A DNA stretch of 63,335 nt, the filler included, from Octopus bimaculoides (lineage: Eukaryota): the NCBI RefSeq assembly GCF_001194135.2. It is 7 parts of 6 records of this genome, joined end to end, with 100 filler letters (N's around TTAATTAATTAA, not from the genome) between each part and the next. Parts side by side here need not be neighbours in the genome. Positions count along the whole stretch, not along the records: positions 61,551 to 63,335 come from NC_068993.1; 6 more parts are not named here. The stretch is one strand, 5' to 3'. Under the pieces are notes generated by a model. That model was not told where the DNA came from. It did not search any database and saw only the letters and a program-made list of their open reading frames with translations. This document shows positions 63,018 to 63,335 of the stretch, piece after piece; within the stretch, counting starts at the first letter, position 1; each line of letters opens with the position of its first letter. The position numbers and the translations under genes are program-made.

Positions 63018-63124
63018 TGCTACGATCACGATGAGAGGGATAACTTCCCTTGGCAAAACAAACAGGACACAGTAGTGTGTCGATAAGTATATATTAGTAT
63101 GACGCTCATATATACGTATATATG

Positions 63125-63258
63125 ACTGTGTGGTAAGAAGCATGGTTCCAGGTTCAGTCCCACTGCGTGGCACTTTGAGCAAATATCTACTATAGCATTG
63201 GGCCGACCAAAGCCTTGTAAGTGGATTTGGAGGATGGAAACTGAAAGAAGCCCGTCGT
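63125..63258 (+). mobile_element. SINE-A head
   Basis: GACTGTGTGGTAAGAAGCATGGTTCCAGGTTCAGTCCCACTGCG...GAAACTGAAAGAAGCCCGTCG. Confidence 0.85.
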
Positions 63259-63335
63259 ATATATATATATATACACATACATACATATATATTTACATAT
63301 GTATACACACTCACACATACGTATATATATATATA

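Noticed and set aside
12670-63258. tRNA genes at SINE heads
   Set aside because: A/B-box-like motifs continue into SINE bodies. No complete cloverleaf with acceptor stem and terminator was found.
537-63286. Numerous ORFs rich in [16 protein letters not shown], poly-I/Y/L or X
   Set aside because: They are translations of microsatellites or N gaps, with no domain content.

Overview
AT-rich, microsatellite-saturated animal genomic DNA from a gappy draft assembly. The repeat landscape suggests an octopus/coleoid cephalopod; this is an inference, not a database result. No host protein-coding gene can be supported, and almost every ORF in the track is a translated microsatellite or an N-run. Six artificial 100-bp spacers (44 N + TTAATTAATTAA + 44 N) split the window into seven pieces whose adjacency may not be real. 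Supported content is decayed mobile DNA: a complete-length but dead mariner with TIRs (6687-7924), two different Penelope-like retroelements (RT + GIY-YIG), three R4/Dong-like restriction-endonuclease LINE remnants, RTE, CR1-like and L1/Tx1-like LINE fragments, a Helentron/HINE-like element, a long-TIR MITE-like element, and dozens of tRNA-headed SINEs of three families (my labels A, B, C/C'). The most interesting signals are RNA-structural. An apparently intact type I hammerhead ribozyme sits in a long rod-like hairpin at 62932-63056, and four more hammerhead-like motifs are present, one at the 3' end of a Penelope element. Other signals are a perfect 107-bp-arm palindrome, two cases of Dong-like LINEs sitting tail-to-tail on SINE-B (AAT/ATT)n tails, a nested SINE cluster with a 13-bp target-site duplication, a 41-bp two-variant satellite, and weak candidate (micro)exons.
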